A stretch of 64,000 nt of DNA from the NCBI GenBank assembly GCA_964483315.1, contig CAZAAL010000001.1, positions 48,867-112,866 of the forward strand. Direction: 5' to 3'. A model generated the notes under the pieces. That model saw only the letters and a list, made by a program, of their open reading frames with translations, was not told the DNA's origin and did not search any database. Both the position numbers and the translations under genes were made by a program. Position 1 is the stretch's first letter, and each line of letters opens with the position of its first letter. This document shows positions 62,507 to 64,000 of this stretch, one piece after another. Source of the stretch: an uncultured Candidatus Saccharibacteria bacterium (lineage in GTDB: Bacteria; Patescibacteriota; Saccharimonadia; Saccharimonadales; UBA10212).

Positions 62507-63558
62507 CCGATTGGGATTATTTTGTGGGTACTTTGCATAAAATGTTCTAAAACAGCATCGGCATCAGTTGTGGTTATGATTGTTTGATAGTCTTTTAGGT
62601 AGTCCACTAGGTATCGACGTCGTGCACCGTCGAGCTCGCTAAACACATCGTCAAGCAGTAGTAGAGGTTTGGTTCCGTTAATTTTTTCTAGCTCGCTAAG
62701 CTCAAAAACTTTTATAGCTAAAAGTAGAGTGCGGGTTTCGCCCCTAGACGCAACTACCGACGCTGGCTGGCTATTTAAAAATACCGAAAAATCCTCGCGA
62801 TGCGGACCAGAGCTAGTAAAACCCCTTAACCTGTCTATGTCTAGCTGCTTACCCAAAGTGTTAAGAAGCGAGCTAGTATAGTTTTTTGTATCGAGTGATG
62901 TTTGATATTTTATTTCGACTAATGATTTTTTATTAGCTATTTTTGAATAGGTTTTTGTCAGTTTTTTATTCATTTTATCAATTAAATCAAGTCGTTGACT
63001 TACAACAAGTCCAGCTAGTTCGCTTAGTTTAATATTCCAGGCAAAAAGCTGAGCATCGGAAAAATTTGATGCTTTTAGTAGACTGTTGCGTTGCGCTAAT
63101 GTTCTTTTGTATTTTAATAAATTCGGCTTATATTCAGGGGCTGCCTGCTGAAGATAGTTGTCAAAATAATCTCGTCTGGTAACCGGACCCCTTATAAATA
63201 AATTTAGGTGGTTAGGTTCAAAAAGTACAATTGGCAGTATTGTTTTATAAGACAGTCTTTTATATTCTTTGTCGTTAATTATAAATAGCTTTGTAGTTAT
63301 GGTATTGTCTTTTAAGATTTTTAAAACCCTGGGTGCATCGCTAAAAGATCCGTCGAGTCTTGCCCATTGATTGTTGTTGTTTACTAAATCATTATCTTTG
63401 TTTTTAAAAGAACTACCTCTAGACAACACATAGATTGCCTCGAGCAAATTGGTTTTACCGGCAGCATTTGGACCAACAACTATATTTACACCAGATTCAA
63501 ACTCAAATGAATCATCCTTATATGACCTGAAGTTTTGTAGCCGTAGGCTGTTAATCAT
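62503..63558 (-). CDS. recF: DNA replication and repair protein RecF
   Basis: 351 aa with Walker A GPNAAGKTNLLEA and LLLLDDVFSELD. Confidence 0.92.
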   Translation of the reverse strand: MINSLRLQNFRSYKDDSFEFESGVNIVVGPNAAGKTNLLEAIYVLSRGSSFKNKDNDLVNNNNQWARLDGSFSDAPRVLKILKDNTITTKLFIINDKEYKRLSYKTILPIVLFEPNHLNLFIRGPVTRRDYFDNYLQQAAPEYKPNLLKYKRTLAQRNSLLKASNFSDAQLFAWNIKLSELAGLVVSQRLDLIDKMNKKLTKTYSKIANKKSLVEIKYQTSLDTKNYTSSLLNTLGKQLDIDRLRGFTSSGPHREDFSVFLNSQPASVVASRGETRTLLLAIKVFELSELEKINGTKPLLLLDDVFSELDGARRRYLVDYLKDYQTIITTTDADAVLEHFMQSTHKIIPIG

Positions 63559-63574
63559 ATTTTAAGTTTAACGC

Positions 63575-64000
63575 CTAGCTTCGGAGCGGCATAACAATGT
63601 GGGTGTAGTCGGTTGCACCTTTAGCCTTTATTACACAAGGCTCGAGCTTTCCGTTAAAACAAAATTCAATTTGGTCACCATCTATTCCGCCTAGTCCATC
63701 TAACAAATATCTGGAATTTAAAGTAACTTCGCCACCGCCAACTATTTCTGCCACAGCGCTAGCAGTGTTTTCGCCAAGCTGTGACGCAACCGAATGAATA
63801 CTAACTTGTTTGGTTTTTGAATCTACATTAAGTGTAATGCTACCTGCGCTTTCGCGAGCAAACAAACTTGATACCTTGGTAATGTTTACAAAGTCATCTT
63901 TTTTTAGGCTCGCAGTTGTTTCGAATTTTGATGGTATTAATCTACGATAATCCGGATAATTTCCATCGATTAATCGTGTTACAAGGTTAACGTCTCCTAC
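63575..64000 (-). CDS. dnaN: DNA polymerase III beta sliding clamp, C-terminal part (gene start beyond window end)
   Basis: The C-terminus ...LNSRYLLDGLGGIDGDQIEFCFNGKLEPCVIKA...IVMPLRS is typical of DnaN. The minus-strand frame stays open to the window edge. Confidence 0.85.
   Translation of the reverse strand, partial: VGDVNLVTRLIDGNYPDYRRLIPSKFETTASLKKDDFVNITKVSSLFARESAGSITLNVDSKTKQVSIHSVASQLGENTASAVAEIVGGGEVTLNSRYLLDGLGGIDGDQIEFCFNGKLEPCVIKAKGATDYTHIVMPLRS

Overview
Low-GC (about 40% by eye) bacterial chromosome segment, compact and rich in housekeeping genes. The content fits a reduced-genome Patescibacteria/CPR organism. My inference from gene content and protein sequences is Saccharibacteria/TM7-like; this is not proven here. 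Core genes: polA (5' part), P-type ATPase, rpoD, dnaG, msrB, orn, mscL, argS, groES-groEL with a CIRCE operator, murE, tsaD, valS, comF, hsp20 and recF-dnaN (so probably close to oriC). There are five tRNAs: all four Ser isoacceptors plus an unusual Arg-GCG. Accessory content: an ArsR/flavin-reductase/SDR redox cluster, a sortase with LAxTG/LPxxG substrates, and an orphan-gene island (UDG-like, transglutaminase-like, NYN). A 15-kb Gram-positive/CPR-type type IV secretion locus (47.1-62.5 kb) has six tandem VirB2/TrbC-like pilin paralogs, VirB6-like, PrgI/VirB3-like and VirB4 proteins, a 1086-aa surface protein and a four-domain peptidoglycan hydrolase. No VirD4 or relaxase is visible. The most unusual signal is a set of small, self-contained, strongly GC-rich gene cassettes in this AT-rich genome. 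Two are tandem between groESL and murE (31.9-33.06 kb) and a third sits at 46.8-47.05 kb. The tandem pair shares a conserved leader, weakly paralogous Arg-rich ORFs, a conserved structured 3' module with anti-Shine-Dalgarno complementarity, and a 35-nt identical terminator. Other notable items are a two-copy structured element (20.5 kb and 31.7 kb, the latter antisense to the groESL leader), an orphan CIRCE-like operator, and duplicated tRNA-Ser 3'-end repeats beside two different tRNA-Ser genes. No rRNA, CRISPR array, transposase or integrase was seen.
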